From: Escherichia phage BYEP02
DNA length: 64,000 nucleotides
Reading direction: 5' to 3' (one strand)
Sequence record: OR757454.1
Both the position numbers and the translations under genes were made by a program. Positions 19,466-29,516 of the stretch are shown in pieces (position 1 is the stretch's first letter; each line of letters begins with the position of its first letter). Under the pieces are notes generated by a model, which did not search any database, had not been told where the DNA came from, and saw nothing but the letters and a program-made list of their open reading frames with translations.

Positions 19466-20552
19466 TGAAAACAGTAATGAAAAGCTATTTTGGTAGTCAT
19501 CTTTATGGAACTTCTACTCCAGAATCTGATGTAGATTTTAAAGAAATCTTTGTTCCTCCTGCTCGTGATATTCTTATTGGAAATGTTAAAGAGCATATGA
19601 GCAAAAACACTAACAACACATCATCTAAAAACACTAAAGATGATATTGACCATGAACTATACAGTCTTAAGTATTTCTTTAAATTAGCAGCAGATGGTGA
19701 AACTGTAGCATTGGATATGCTCCACACTCCACCTGAACTAGTCTTAAATATTTCTTTAAATTAGCAGCAGATGGTGAAACCGTAGCATTGGATATGCTTC
19801 ACACTCCACCTGAACTAGTGGTTAAATCTGATTTGCCTGATGTGTGGAAGTTTATTCAAGACAACCGTTCTCGTTTTTATACGACTAACATGAAATCCTA
19901 TTTAGGATATGTCCGTAAGCAAGCTTCTAAATATGGCGTCAAGGGTTCTCGTTTGGCTGCATTACGTGATGTATTGAAAGTAGTTAATCAAATCCCTGAG
20001 CAATGGATTGATTACCAAGAAGATGGTTCTATTAAGCAGCGTCGTACTAAAGTTGAAGATATTAAGCATCGTCTTCCAGAAAACGAATTCTGTGAATGGG
20101 TGTTCCATAATCATGAGAAAACAGGCCCACAAACGTTCTACACTGTGTTGGGTCGTAAATATCAGACAACGCTTTCTCTTATTGAGCTTAAGCAGTCACT
20201 GAACAAATTAGATGCTGAATACGGTGAACGCGCTCGTAAGGCCGAAGCCAATGAAGGCATTGACTGGAAAGCTCTGAGCCATGCCTGCCGTGGTGGACTC
20301 CAACTATTGGAAATTTACAAAACTGGTGACTTGGTTTATCCACTCCAAGATGCTCCATTTATTCTCGACGTGAAGTTGGGTAAACACCCATTTAAAACAG
20401 TTCAAGAGTTTTTGGAAGATGTGGTCGATCAAGTAGAAGCAGCATCTACTGAAGCTTCTAAGAACGGTATGCAGCAAAAAGTAGACATGGGTTTCTGGGA
20501 TGACTTCCTTGAGAAGGTTTATCTTGAAAACCACCGAAGCTATTATAAATGA
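19462..20552 (+). CDS. nucleotidyltransferase-fold protein, frameshifted by a 77-bp duplication
   Basis: N-terminal FGSHLYGTSTPESDVDF fits the GS...D.D minimal nucleotidyltransferase signature; 338 codons after removing 77 nt. Confidence 0.55.
19664..19817. repeat. 77-bp tandem duplication (19664-19740 / 19741-19817), 3 mismatches
   Basis: Read directly. Confidence 0.9.
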
Positions 20553-20554
20553 TA

Positions 20555-20579
20555 GGGAGCCCGAAGGCTCCCTTTTTTT
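20555..20579 (+). terminator. intrinsic terminator hairpin with T-tract
   Basis: gggagcccgaaggctccc followed by ttttttt. Confidence 0.7.
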
Positions 20580-20603
20580 ATTTCAAAAATTTTTCACAAA
20601 ACT

Positions 20604-20633
20604 GTTTACAAGCATAAAGCTTTATGGTACTAT
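20604..20633 (+). promoter_or_regulatory. T4 early-type promoter (GTTTAC, 18 nt, TACTAT)
   Basis: Consensus motifs with upstream A/T tract. Confidence 0.6.
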
Positions 20634-20669
20634 ACAACTATCAAAACAAACACTTAAACGGAAAACAAA

Positions 20670-20818
20670 ATGAAAATTACACCAATTGAAGTAAAAAAGT
20701 TGATTGATACAGAAGAAATTTCAGAGTGTTTTGAAAGTTTCTTAGAAGACGCAACTGAAGATAACGCGGTTTATCTCGCCCAGAAAATTATCGAAACTTA
20801 TTTGGAGAAGAATCAATG
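20670..20818 (+). CDS. hypothetical small acidic protein (49 aa)
   Basis: ATG downstream of early promoter; not in supplied ORF track. Confidence 0.35.
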
Positions 20819-21079
20819 ACAGTTTACGTAGATGTTTTAATGAATCATGGATGGAAACTTCGCGGTCATCCAACTAAAAATTGTCATATGTTCACTGATG
20901 GAGATATTGAAGAGCTTCACGAAATGGCAGAAGCAATAGGAATGAAACGTTCTTGGTTTCAAGATAAACGCATTAAACATTATGACTTACGTGCAAGTCG
21001 TCGTCAAAAAGCTATAGAACTTGGCGCCGTAGAAGTATCGAGGCGAGAAGCAGTAAAAATTTGGCGAAAATTAAAATAA
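20816..21079 (+). CDS. hypothetical protein (87 aa)
   Basis: ATGA overlap with upstream stop. Confidence 0.5.
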   Translation: MTVYVDVLMNHGWKLRGHPTKNCHMFTDGDIEELHEMAEAIGMKRSWFQDKRIKHYDLRASRRQKAIELGAVEVSRREAVKIWRKLK

Positions 21080-21082
21080 ATT

Positions 21083-21112
21083 GTTTACATGGTCTGTAGT
21101 TGTTGATACTAT
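21083..21112 (+). promoter_or_regulatory. T4 early-type promoter (GTTTAC, 18 nt, TACTAT)
   Basis: Consensus motifs. Confidence 0.55.
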
Positions 21113-21150
21113 AGACCTATCAAAACAAATGAGTAAATTGGAGATACAAA

Positions 21151-21351
21151 ATGACTACTTTGAATAAACGTTTCGGTAAAGCTAAATCTGGTTGTGCAGC
21201 TGAACGTCGTTATGTTTTCGCTCAGTTAGAAGATGTAGAGTATCAGATTAATCAAGTTCACATTACTGGTATCGAGCCTATGTGTGGCCTTGAAGCTCTT
21301 CGTGAAGTTCGTGACGGGTATCGTCGTGACATCGAAGAAATGTCAAAATAA
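21151..21351 (+). CDS. hypothetical protein (66 aa)
   Basis: ORF with GGAGA RBS. Confidence 0.5.
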   Translation: MTTLNKRFGKAKSGCAAERRYVFAQLEDVEYQINQVHITGIEPMCGLEALREVRDGYRRDIEEMSK

Positions 21352-21381
21352 GTATACAAACTGATAGGACTATGTTATAGT
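21352..21381 (+). promoter_or_regulatory. early-type promoter variant (GTATAC -35, TATAGT -10)
   Basis: Same spacing as other early promoters. Confidence 0.45.
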
Positions 21382-21408
21382 AGTCCTATCAAATCATTGG
21401 AGAATAAA

Positions 21409-22454
21409 ATGAAAACTGTAACTATCAATAAGGGTATCTACTTCGGTAAAGAAATCTCTGGAACTTTTGAGCTCTTAGGCGAATGGTTCCCAGATAATGC
21501 TCCGGTAGATGCACAAGGAGATGGTAAAGTTTTTGTTGAAATTGACGGTAAACGTCGCGGTGTTTGGGTTTACAAATCAGACATTTCATATGATGGTGTA
21601 AAAGTTGAAGAAGTTAAAGAATCGTATGAAGATATGAAAACCCGCATTAATAAAAGATTTAATGTTATGGGAATGATGACGAATGGTATTATTAATGGAA
21701 ACATTCGTTCATTAATTATCTCTGGTGCGGCGGGTATTGGTAAAACGTATTCTTTAGATAAAGCTTTGAATAAAGCAAATGATAATGGATACATTGAATA
21801 TAAAAGCATTAACGGTAAAATCTCTGGTATTGGTCTTTATGAGCAGCTTTGGAATAATCGTGAAGAGAATTCTGTCCTTTTGATTGATGATGTGGATGTT
21901 TTCTCTGATATGGACATTCTTAATCTTCTAAAAGCCGCTCTGGACACTGGAGAGACCCGTAAAGTCTGCTGGAGCACTGCATCTTCTTACTTAGAAGAAA
22001 AAGGCATTGAGCGTGAGTTTGAATTTAAAGGAACGATTGTTTTTATCACAAACGTTGACATTGACCGCGAATTAGACCGTGGTACTAAACTTGCTCCACA
22101 CTTACAAGCATTAGTGTCCCGCTCAGTTTATTTGGATTTGGGTGTTCATACTAATGAAGAAATTATGGTCAGGGTTGAAGATGTTATTCTTTCAACTGAC
22201 ATGATGCAAAAGCGCGGTCTTTCTACACTAATGAAGAAATTATGGTCAGGGTTGAAGATGTTATTCTTTCAACCGACATGATGCAAAAGCGCGGTCTTTC
22301 TGATGAAGAAACTTATAAAGCATTATCATGGATGAAAGTCAATGTTAACCGTTTACGCAATGTTTCACTGCGTACTGCACTTTATCTTGCTGACTTTATT
22401 ATGACCGACAAAAACGGCTGGCAAGAAATCGCTGAGGTTACTCTTCTGAAATAA
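21409..22454 (+). CDS. P-loop ATPase (AAA-like), frameshifted by a 77-bp duplication
   Basis: Walker A GAAGIGKTY, Walker B LLIDDVD; 323 codons after removing 77 nt. Confidence 0.6.
22148..22301. repeat. 77-bp tandem duplication (about 22148-22224 / 22225-22301), 1-3 mismatches
   Basis: Offset 77 between repeated ATG-containing segments. Confidence 0.85.
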
Positions 22455-22555
22455 TTCATAAGAGGACTTCTATGACAAAAAGGCAGTTCAGAAATAGATT
22501 ATATGGACTGCCATCAAAAAGATGATTAGAATTAAACTGGTAAATGGAGGTAGTG

Positions 22556-22858
22556 ATGTTATACTCAAAGGCTCGTGAAATTTACGAAACTAAAATTAAA
22601 GACGCGGTTCATCAGTTCGCAACGACAATGCGTTGGACAAATGACTGGGAATACTCCAAGAATCATAAGAAGCCCTTGGTGACAAGAAAGGCTCATGTGT
22701 TAGTGTTAATAGACCGTGAGCAGATTAAAGCCCGAGAAGCCCTCCAGAATCATAAAAAGGCTGCCTTTGAATGGTTTATGGATAACACTGCTCCTGAGAC
22801 TAAGAAAGCAGTGAGTGCGTGGTTCAGTGGAAAAAATTGTGAAAGAAGTTTCTTTTAG
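22556..22858 (+). CDS. hypothetical protein (100 aa)
   Basis: ATG after GGAGG RBS. Confidence 0.45.
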   Translation: MLYSKAREIYETKIKDAVHQFATTMRWTNDWEYSKNHKKPLVTRKAHVLVLIDREQIKAREALQNHKKAAFEWFMDNTAPETKKAVSAWFSGKNCERSFF

Positions 22859-22860
22859 TT

Positions 22861-22890
22861 GTTTACAAGACCGTTCCTCTGTGGTACTAT
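22861..22890 (+). promoter_or_regulatory. T4 early-type promoter (GTTTAC, 18 nt, TACTAT)
   Basis: Consensus motifs. Confidence 0.55.
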
Positions 22891-22918
22891 ACAACTATCA
22901 ACTACGGAGGAACACAAA

Positions 22919-23233
22919 ATGAACGCTAAAGATATTTTCAACTTGGTAAATTACAACGATGGTAAATTTAAATCTGAAGCACAAAGCAAGTTCTTTAATG
23001 ACATCTCAATCGGAGGTGAAATCACTGTTGATGGAGGACAAATTTACAAATCCCGTTGGAATTGGATCGTTATTATTGATGAGATCGGTATTGTAGAAAT
23101 TTACAAAAATACGAATAAAAATCGTACATTGCACTGGTCTCGTGATACTAACGAACAGTACAAAAAGGATAAAGCATCTAAATTATCTCGTGTAACTCAA
23201 GAAGATATTGAGTTCATCAAGAAGATATTTTAA
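22919..23233 (+). CDS. hypothetical protein (104 aa)
   Basis: ATG with GGAGG RBS downstream of promoter. Confidence 0.5.
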   Translation: MNAKDIFNLVNYNDGKFKSEAQSKFFNDISIGGEITVDGGQIYKSRWNWIVIIDEIGIVEIYKNTNKNRTLHWSRDTNEQYKKDKASKLSRVTQEDIEFIKKIF

Positions 23234-23445
23234 TGTATGATAACTTAATTGCTGAAGAGCAAGCTGTTATTGATAAATTTGACGAGATTAAAGCTTCTCG
23301 TGAAATTCCTGATTTTATGAAAGAATCAGTAAATGAACGATACACTCTCATTTCAGAGCGTATTGAAACTTACAAAAAGCAAAGAGCTGAACGCCAAAAT
23401 ACTCTTCGGAAGTTTGAAGAACGGTTAAAGACGGTACTCGCATAA
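23233..23445 (+). CDS. hypothetical protein (70 aa)
   Basis: ATG overlapping upstream stop. Confidence 0.45.
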   Translation: MYDNLIAEEQAVIDKFDEIKASREIPDFMKESVNERYTLISERIETYKKQRAERQNTLRKFEERLKTVLA

Positions 23446-23497
23446 CCGCTTTATACCAAGGATGGTATAATGGTTCTAAGCCCTTTTAATTGAGATT

Positions 23498-23884
23498 ATG
23501 AAACAGTTGATAATTAAAAGATTGAATTTATTGATATGTTGTTTATGTGTAGTAGTTGCATACGGTTATTATGCTATTAATGATTATATGCATTATAAAG
23601 ATTATGATGTTACTGTAGTTAATACCATTACAGGAACACAAGGAAAAGGGTCTAGTTTATCGTTTATTGCCGTATATGAACTCAAAGACGGTTATAGATT
23701 TAGTGAATATATTTCCCCAGAGATGTATTCTTCAATAGAAAAAGGTGATAATATTACTGTAAGTTTACGTCCTTTCGACGTAAAACAGACACTGTTTGAT
23801 AATATTGTTTGGTTCTTTGGAATGGTATTAGTTCAATCTGTGTGGTGCTTATATAGTCTGTTCAATCATATTCTGTATATTTAG
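23498..23884 (+). CDS. membrane protein (128 aa)
   Basis: Hydrophobic N- and C-terminal segments. Confidence 0.5.
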   Translation: MKQLIIKRLNLLICCLCVVVAYGYYAINDYMHYKDYDVTVVNTITGTQGKGSSLSFIAVYELKDGYRFSEYISPEMYSSIEKGDNITVSLRPFDVKQTLFDNIVWFFGMVLVQSVWCLYSLFNHILYI

Positions 23885-23912
23885 TAAAATTGAAATTGAG
23901 TGAGGAAAATAT

Positions 23913-24884
23913 ATGTCAGCAGTAATTAATAATGTCAATGCAGTAATTAAATCTTTAGTTAATAAAAAAATGATGAATGAATGGACTGTATTTCGTCGTG
24001 GAGAGCCAGATAAATTTTTTCATAGATTTAACCCAACTTTGGATTTGAATGTTATCGACAAAGATGTTCATGCTGAAATTTTAGATAAGTTTAAAGTTGA
24101 TATTGGATTTGGATTAGAAAAACATCTACAGCGAACAAATGGGTCTGGAATGAGTTTATCTAATCGCATTATGAAAGCCCTTAATAAAATTGGAGCATTG
24201 TCTCGTATTAAGCGAACAAACGGGTCTGGAATGGGTTTATCTAATCGCATTATGAAAGCCCTTAATAAAATTGGAGCATTGTCTCGTATTAATGCAAGTG
24301 AAATTCTTCGCAATTATAATAAAGGCTATGATCTTTACGGTCGACTAATGCCGAAATTATCATTTGACCAAATGATCGCAGATTTGTGGGAAAATCAACG
24401 ACGATTATTAGCATTAGGCGCTCGATTAGCTAAAGGTCTAGATAAACAAATGATTTTTAAGACCAATAATACAGAAGACCTTAAATGCTTTAAATTTAGT
24501 ATTCGCGGCGATGATTATTACGTCAGAGCTCGCTCTACAGATTATGTTAATATGGGGCATCATCTCTGTTTAGCTTTTGAAGTTTTAAAAGAAGCCGGAA
24601 CATTAGAATATGTGTCTGGTGCTAAATGCCCGATTGGTTCAAGTTGTATTTTAATTTATCGCCCGGATGAATCCAGTTTAACTAAATTGCCTACAAAACC
24701 TGTACCAGTTCGCAGTAATGAAAAACATTCTGAGCAAATTGATTATTTTAATAAGCAAATTGAAGAGCTGAATATTTCTATTCAACAGTATGACGATGAA
24801 ATTTTCAGACTATCTGGATTGAGTAGTAAAGCTAAATCTGAGCGTGAAAAATTAATTAAAATTGTTGATTTACTTAAATCTTAA
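23913..24884 (+). CDS. hypothetical protein A of a 4-gene tandem set; contains an in-frame 27-aa tandem repeat; C-terminal coiled coil
   Basis: ORF intact through 81-bp repeat; C-terminus heptad-like. Confidence 0.55.
   Translation: MSAVINNVNAVIKSLVNKKMMNEWTVFRRGEPDKFFHRFNPTLDLNVIDKDVHAEILDKFKVDIGFGLEKHLQRTNGSGMSLSNRIMKALNKIGALSRIKRTNGSGMGLSNRIMKALNKIGALSRINASEILRNYNKGYDLYGRLMPKLSFDQMIADLWENQRRLLALGARLAKGLDKQMIFKTNNTEDLKCFKFSIRGDDYYVRARSTDYVNMGHHLCLAFEVLKEAGTLEYVSGAKCPIGSSCILIYRPDESSLTKLPTKPVPVRSNEKHSEQIDYFNKQIEELNISIQQYDDEIFRLSGLSSKAKSEREKLIKIVDLLKS
24131..24292. repeat. 81-bp in-frame tandem repeat (24131-24211 / 24212-24292), 3 mismatches
   Basis: Encodes RTNGSGMSLSNRIMKALNKIGALSRIK / RTNGSGMGLSNRIMKALNKIGALSRIN. 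Confidence 0.9.
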
Positions 24885-24892
24885 GGAACACC

Positions 24893-25918
24893 ATGAAAAC
24901 TCGTTCTCAAATTGAAGATATGGTTCGTAATGCCAGCTATACTCGTGATGTTATGACATTTTTGTGCCAAAATAATTTAGACCCTGATAAAGTTAATCGT
25001 GATATTCACTTTAAGTATATGAATAGCAGTGAATGGTTACGTCATTTTAGTAAAGCTGGGTATATTACACAAATGACTGCTCGTGAGCAGCTCACCGATT
25101 TCTGTAAAACTATTGATTATAAAAATCCTCTATTTGTTCAAGGCGTTGGTCAAAGTAAGGTTGATTTATCATCTGGATTTTTCAATCCAAATCATTATCG
25201 TCTTGAATGGAGATTTATTGCTCTATTCCGTAAACAATTAAAGCAAATTTTGTCTACTGCTAGTCGATTAAAAGGTTCTGATATTAACTTAAAGAACCTG
25301 AAATTTGATGGTTATACTCTTCAGATGGAAGTAAGACCGTTAAAAGAAAATAATAGAACTGCACGAATTAGCTTTAAACCTAATACAAAAAATTCTCTTT
25401 CAATTTGTGAATGCCTTAAATCACAGTTGACAGAAGCATTTAAGTATATGGATGTTGTTGCTGCTGTTCAATCTAAGATTTTACCTCGTTTTGAACGATT
25501 TAAGTTAGATACAACATCATATGAACTTGATATGATCGTTTCATTTAAATATGAATTTTTGAGAAAGGACGAAGTCCCGCAAGAGAAAAAGCAGGAAGTA
25601 CAAGATAACTTAAATTTAAATTTATCCAATTACTTATCAAACGATCCTAAATTTTGGATGTATAGTTCAGGTAATAAAGATGCATGGAAATTCAATAAAG
25701 TGAATTTTCTTCCTGTTGAAAATCCGAGTCTTAAACCTGTTGAAAAATGGCACGCGGATGCGATTGAGAAGTCTCTTAAGGCAGTAGATGATGAACTCGT
25801 TAAAGCAACTAATGAAGTGCTAGAAGCTGAAAAGGTGTTAAAACAAGCTCAGTCAAGGGTTCAAAATCTGACAAAGCAACGTTCTAAACTGAACAATGCA
25901 CTAAATGCACTGAACTAG
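24893..25918 (+). CDS. hypothetical protein B of tandem set (341 aa); C-terminal coiled coil
   Basis: Similar size and architecture to neighbours. Confidence 0.55.
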   Translation: MKTRSQIEDMVRNASYTRDVMTFLCQNNLDPDKVNRDIHFKYMNSSEWLRHFSKAGYITQMTAREQLTDFCKTIDYKNPLFVQGVGQSKVDLSSGFFNPNHYRLEWRFIALFRKQLKQILSTASRLKGSDINLKNLKFDGYTLQMEVRPLKENNRTARISFKPNTKNSLSICECLKSQLTEAFKYMDVVAAVQSKILPRFERFKLDTTSYELDMIVSFKYEFLRKDEVPQEKKQEVQDNLNLNLSNYLSNDPKFWMYSSGNKDAWKFNKVNFLPVENPSLKPVEKWHADAIEKSLKAVDDELVKATNEVLEAEKVLKQAQSRVQNLTKQRSKLNNALNALN

Positions 25919-25975
25919 TTTACTTTGCCACAAGGATGTGGTATAATGTTCTTACTTTCTACTGAGGAGATTAAT

Positions 25976-26977
25976 ATGACTCGTAACGAATATATCAAAT
26001 CATTCAATAGCGTTATTGATGATAAAGCTATACCGATGTTTGGTCAAAATATCGTTCTTTCTATTATCAATCAATGGCTCAATAGTGTTGATGCAAGTAT
26101 TGTTTCTTCTACTAAATTTATTCATGAAATTCGTAAAATTTCTAGTCGTGTAGATAAAGATGTTATCAAGAAAACCTTTAAAGAGTCTCGTCTTCTTTCA
26201 TATTTGGTTAATCGGGATATTCTTGGTAATTTTGGGAAAGAAATTAAACGAACTAAAGATGTAGTAGGATATAATTGGTTCGGTGATGTTAATTCTTATC
26301 ATCTTAATAATAAAGAAGACCCTGAGAATATTTTTACTCGTCGTTGGATTAGTAATTTCAGACTTTTCAAAGGACAGATTCTAAAATCAGCTTCTAAATT
26401 ATGTTATGGCGATTATCGTCAAATTCATCCTTTGGCTTCTGATATGATTATCGTAAAAGAATATGAACTTGATAAAAATAAAGTATCTATTTTTGTGAAT
26501 TATGGATTTTTTACACCAGAAACTAACCAAAAGAATATTAATAAATTTTTCTCAATTGCTAGCACTATAACTCGTCAATTAGAGACCGCATTACTTTGTA
26601 TGGAAACAGTAGAAAATATTCATACTTATCCTTTTAAGAATATATGCGGTTGGGAAGGATATAAAATTGTAATTAGTCTTCGTGAAGTGAAATGTGCTTA
26701 TTCACCTACTGATAAAGAAATTTACCAACAAAAATGTGATGAAATTGTGAATACTCCTAAAGAAGAAACTACCCTTGAGGAACTAATGGAATGTCTTGAC
26801 GATTCACCTGAACCGGTAGAAATTCGTCCAGAAGTTATTGCACTAGAAAAAGCTTATAAAGAAGTTCTAGAAATTTCTAATAAAGCGCAGAAAGAATATG
26901 AGAAGGCTAAAAGGATTTGGGAAGAATCTGTTAATCGCCTTGATCGTTTGGAACAAGCTTTACAGTTAATTAAGTAA
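25976..26977 (+). CDS. hypothetical protein C of tandem set (333 aa); C-terminal coiled coil
   Basis: ATG with GAGGAG RBS. Confidence 0.55.
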   Translation: MTRNEYIKSFNSVIDDKAIPMFGQNIVLSIINQWLNSVDASIVSSTKFIHEIRKISSRVDKDVIKKTFKESRLLSYLVNRDILGNFGKEIKRTKDVVGYNWFGDVNSYHLNNKEDPENIFTRRWISNFRLFKGQILKSASKLCYGDYRQIHPLASDMIIVKEYELDKNKVSIFVNYGFFTPETNQKNINKFFSIASTITRQLETALLCMETVENIHTYPFKNICGWEGYKIVISLREVKCAYSPTDKEIYQQKCDEIVNTPKEETTLEELMECLDDSPEPVEIRPEVIALEKAYKEVLEISNKAQKEYEKAKRIWEESVNRLDRLEQALQLIK

Positions 26978-27083
26978 TTTAAAGCCAAGGATGGCTCGGA
27001 GTATAAGTTAATCGTCTTGATCGTCTGGAACAAGCTTTACAGTTAATTAAGTAATTTAAAGCCAAGGATGGCTCGGAGTATAA
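26930..27083. repeat. 77-bp tandem duplication (26930-27006 / 27007-27083), 2 mismatches; gene 3' end and intergenic
   Basis: Read directly. Confidence 0.9.
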
Positions 27084-27106
27084 ATCATTAACCAAGTGAG
27101 AAGAAC

Positions 27107-28036
27107 ATGAAAACTCGTAAACATTATATTGATTATTTTGACAGTCTTATTACTAAACACCGTAATTATCAGATCGGACACAGAGCAGTAATCAATAATA
27201 TTCTTCGTGATTTCCTTCAATATGTTGGCCAGGAAAATCATATCTGTAAAGATACTCAAAACGCTTATTCTCATTCGTTGGGCAATTTGCTTCAATGGTT
27301 TAAACGTTCTCGTATGTTATCTTCTACTGTAGCTCGCGATAACATTAAAAACTTTATGAAGCCGAGCTTTATTAAATCTGAGACATCTATAACTGATTTG
27401 GTTGAATTTACTATTGTTAACGATGTTAAAAAGACCCATTTGGCTGATTGGTTATCTACCATTCCTGAAACTAAATTTGCTGATAAATTTGCTTGTCAAT
27501 TCAATGACCAAGTGAATATGCTTTTTAAGCATGCTCGCAAACTATTTACCGCGGGCGATGACCGTACAAATACAGTTCATGTTAAGGATTGGGTTATTGC
27601 TGATGAAGTAACACACAAGCCAGGTGGTTCATCAGTATTAATTAATATCCAGGTTCCTTATTATTACTCACGTAATCTCGGCACCATGAACTCTAGAGAA
27701 ATTAATAAGCACAACAAAACTATTCGTTCGTTATCTTATAAACTCCGCATGATGTTAAAAATCATGGACGTAGTAGAAATGTATGACGAAACCGAAGATA
27801 ATGGTTCAATGTTATACAGTTCACGCATTTTAATTAAACTGAAGAACCCTAATACATATAAGACAGTTGTAAAAGAGCCTAAAGTAGAAAAGATTGATAA
27901 CTTGAGCGAAGAACGTGAATACCTCAAATCTCGACTAGTTGAAGTTGAAGCTCAGATTGCCGAACACACTAAATTGTTAAAAGCTCTTAATGCAAAAGCA
28001 AATGGTTTACGTAATGCTATTGAGGTATTGAAATGA
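27107..28036 (+). CDS. hypothetical protein D of tandem set (309 aa); C-terminal coiled coil
   Basis: Begins MKTR like protein B. Confidence 0.55.
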   Translation: MKTRKHYIDYFDSLITKHRNYQIGHRAVINNILRDFLQYVGQENHICKDTQNAYSHSLGNLLQWFKRSRMLSSTVARDNIKNFMKPSFIKSETSITDLVEFTIVNDVKKTHLADWLSTIPETKFADKFACQFNDQVNMLFKHARKLFTAGDDRTNTVHVKDWVIADEVTHKPGGSSVLINIQVPYYYSRNLGTMNSREINKHNKTIRSLSYKLRMMLKIMDVVEMYDETEDNGSMLYSSRILIKLKNPNTYKTVVKEPKVEKIDNLSEEREYLKSRLVEVEAQIAEHTKLLKALNAKANGLRNAIEVLK

Positions 28037-28422
28037 AAAAGCGTCTATTAGAAGATATTGCAGCTTCAAGTAATTCCAGTCTAATTAAAATTATTATGGC
28101 TGGTGAAGAAGACGATCTGGAAATGCGCGGAAAGATTCATGGTTGTGATGATTTAGATTTTAAACCTCCAGCCTGGGATGCTATTATGGTTATGGTTAAA
28201 CGTCGCGAAAGGGCTTCTAAAAACGTTCCTAATTGTCCTGAATGCGGTACTGAACAAGTTCAATTGATTAACTGGCGTAAACCGGAACTTGAATATAAAT
28301 GCCGTCATTGCAAACATAAATTTAGTAAGCATGCTCCGGAAATGGTTAAATTACCTGACTCTACTGAGTTCTTTAAAGAACTTGCGAGTGTTCAACCAAT
28401 GCCTAATAATATTTTGGATTAA
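28033..28422 (+). CDS. zinc-ribbon protein (129 aa)
   Basis: CPECG...CRHCKH. Confidence 0.5.
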
Positions 28423-28424
28423 AA

Positions 28425-28667
28425 ATGACCAAGCGTAAAGAATATATGGAGACTGCTGAAAAGGCAGTCCGTGAATTAGCAATAGCTTATTATAATGAAC
28501 ACGGTAAATTTCCTGATAGATACAGCGTGCTTAAATCTGCTTTAACTCGTTCATATAAAAATATGCTATCAGAAGTAAGTGATATTATATACAAACATAA
28601 AGAACAAACGGGCCAAAGTCTTGATTACGACGAGACTTTTAAACAAGTACTAGGAATTAAGGAATAA
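28425..28667 (+). CDS. hypothetical protein (80 aa)
   Basis: ATG right after upstream stop. Confidence 0.5.
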
Positions 28668-28668
28668 T

Positions 28669-28932
28669 ATGTTTAAAGTATATGGTTATGATAGCAACAT
28701 CCACAAATGTGTGTATTGCGATAATGCAAAACGTCTTTTGACAGTGAAGAAACAACCGTTTGAATTTATCAACATTATGCCGGAAAAAGGTGTTTTTGAT
28801 GATGAGAAAATCGCTGAGCTTCTGACTAAACTAGGTCGTGATACTCAAATCGGCTTGACAATGCCCCAGGTATTTGCTCCTGATGGAAGTTATATTGGTG
28901 GATTTGACAAATTGCGGGAATACTTTAAATGA
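28669..28932 (+). CDS. nrdC: thioredoxin/glutaredoxin-like NrdC
   Basis: Translation MFKVYGYDSNIHKCVYCDNAKRLL... with CVYC active site matches T4 NrdC. Confidence 0.9.
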   Translation: MFKVYGYDSNIHKCVYCDNAKRLLTVKKQPFEFINIMPEKGVFDDEKIAELLTKLGRDTQIGLTMPQVFAPDGSYIGGFDKLREYFK

Positions 28933-29144
28933 TTCTCGAAGGAACTGATTATATCCATGACTACCGCGGAAGCGCGGTATATGTAGGTGATGAGGTTGCA
29001 GTTTATTACGGGTATGGAACTTTGATGACAGCCAAAGTTATTCAAATTAAAAATAACCGTGCTAAACTCGAAGTTTATTATTCTAACGGTGAAAAGTCTA
29101 TTTCTAAATGGAAATATGGCGATTGTATGGTCAAACTGGGGTAA
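28929..29144 (+). CDS. hypothetical protein (71 aa)
   Basis: ATGA overlap with nrdC stop. Confidence 0.45.
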   Translation: MILEGTDYIHDYRGSAVYVGDEVAVYYGYGTLMTAKVIQIKNNRAKLEVYYSNGEKSISKWKYGDCMVKLG

Positions 29145-29146
29145 AT

Positions 29147-29317
29147 ATGATTTACGATATTAGTGTATCAAGAACTCCGTCAATGGTTACTATTCCAGCC
29201 GAAGAACTAGATCGTCTTCAGAAAATTGAAGAACTTCTTTGGGAAATTGAATCTGATTTGCCATCAGGACTAGAATCCTGGATTGATTATGAAGAACTTA
29301 ATAAGCTTCGGGGTTAA
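29147..29317 (+). CDS. hypothetical acidic protein (56 aa)
   Basis: ATG 3 nt after upstream stop. Confidence 0.4.
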   Translation: MIYDISVSRTPSMVTIPAEELDRLQKIEELLWEIESDLPSGLESWIDYEELNKLRG

Positions 29318-29395
29318 AGGAAATTGAATCTGATTTGCCATCAGGACTAGAATCCTGGATTGATTATGAAGAACTTAATAAGCTTCGGGGTTAAA
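29242..29395. repeat. 77-bp tandem duplication (29242-29318 / 29319-29395), identical
   Basis: Read directly. Confidence 0.9.
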
Positions 29396-29516
29396 CCTTG
29401 GTGGGCGGTTAGATGGGAAACTGTAGAGCCAGAGCCGGAAGAACCGGTTTACACTGATGAAGAAACAGTATATAATGAACCAACGATAAATGACTTAATT
29501 GATATGGAGATGGGAC

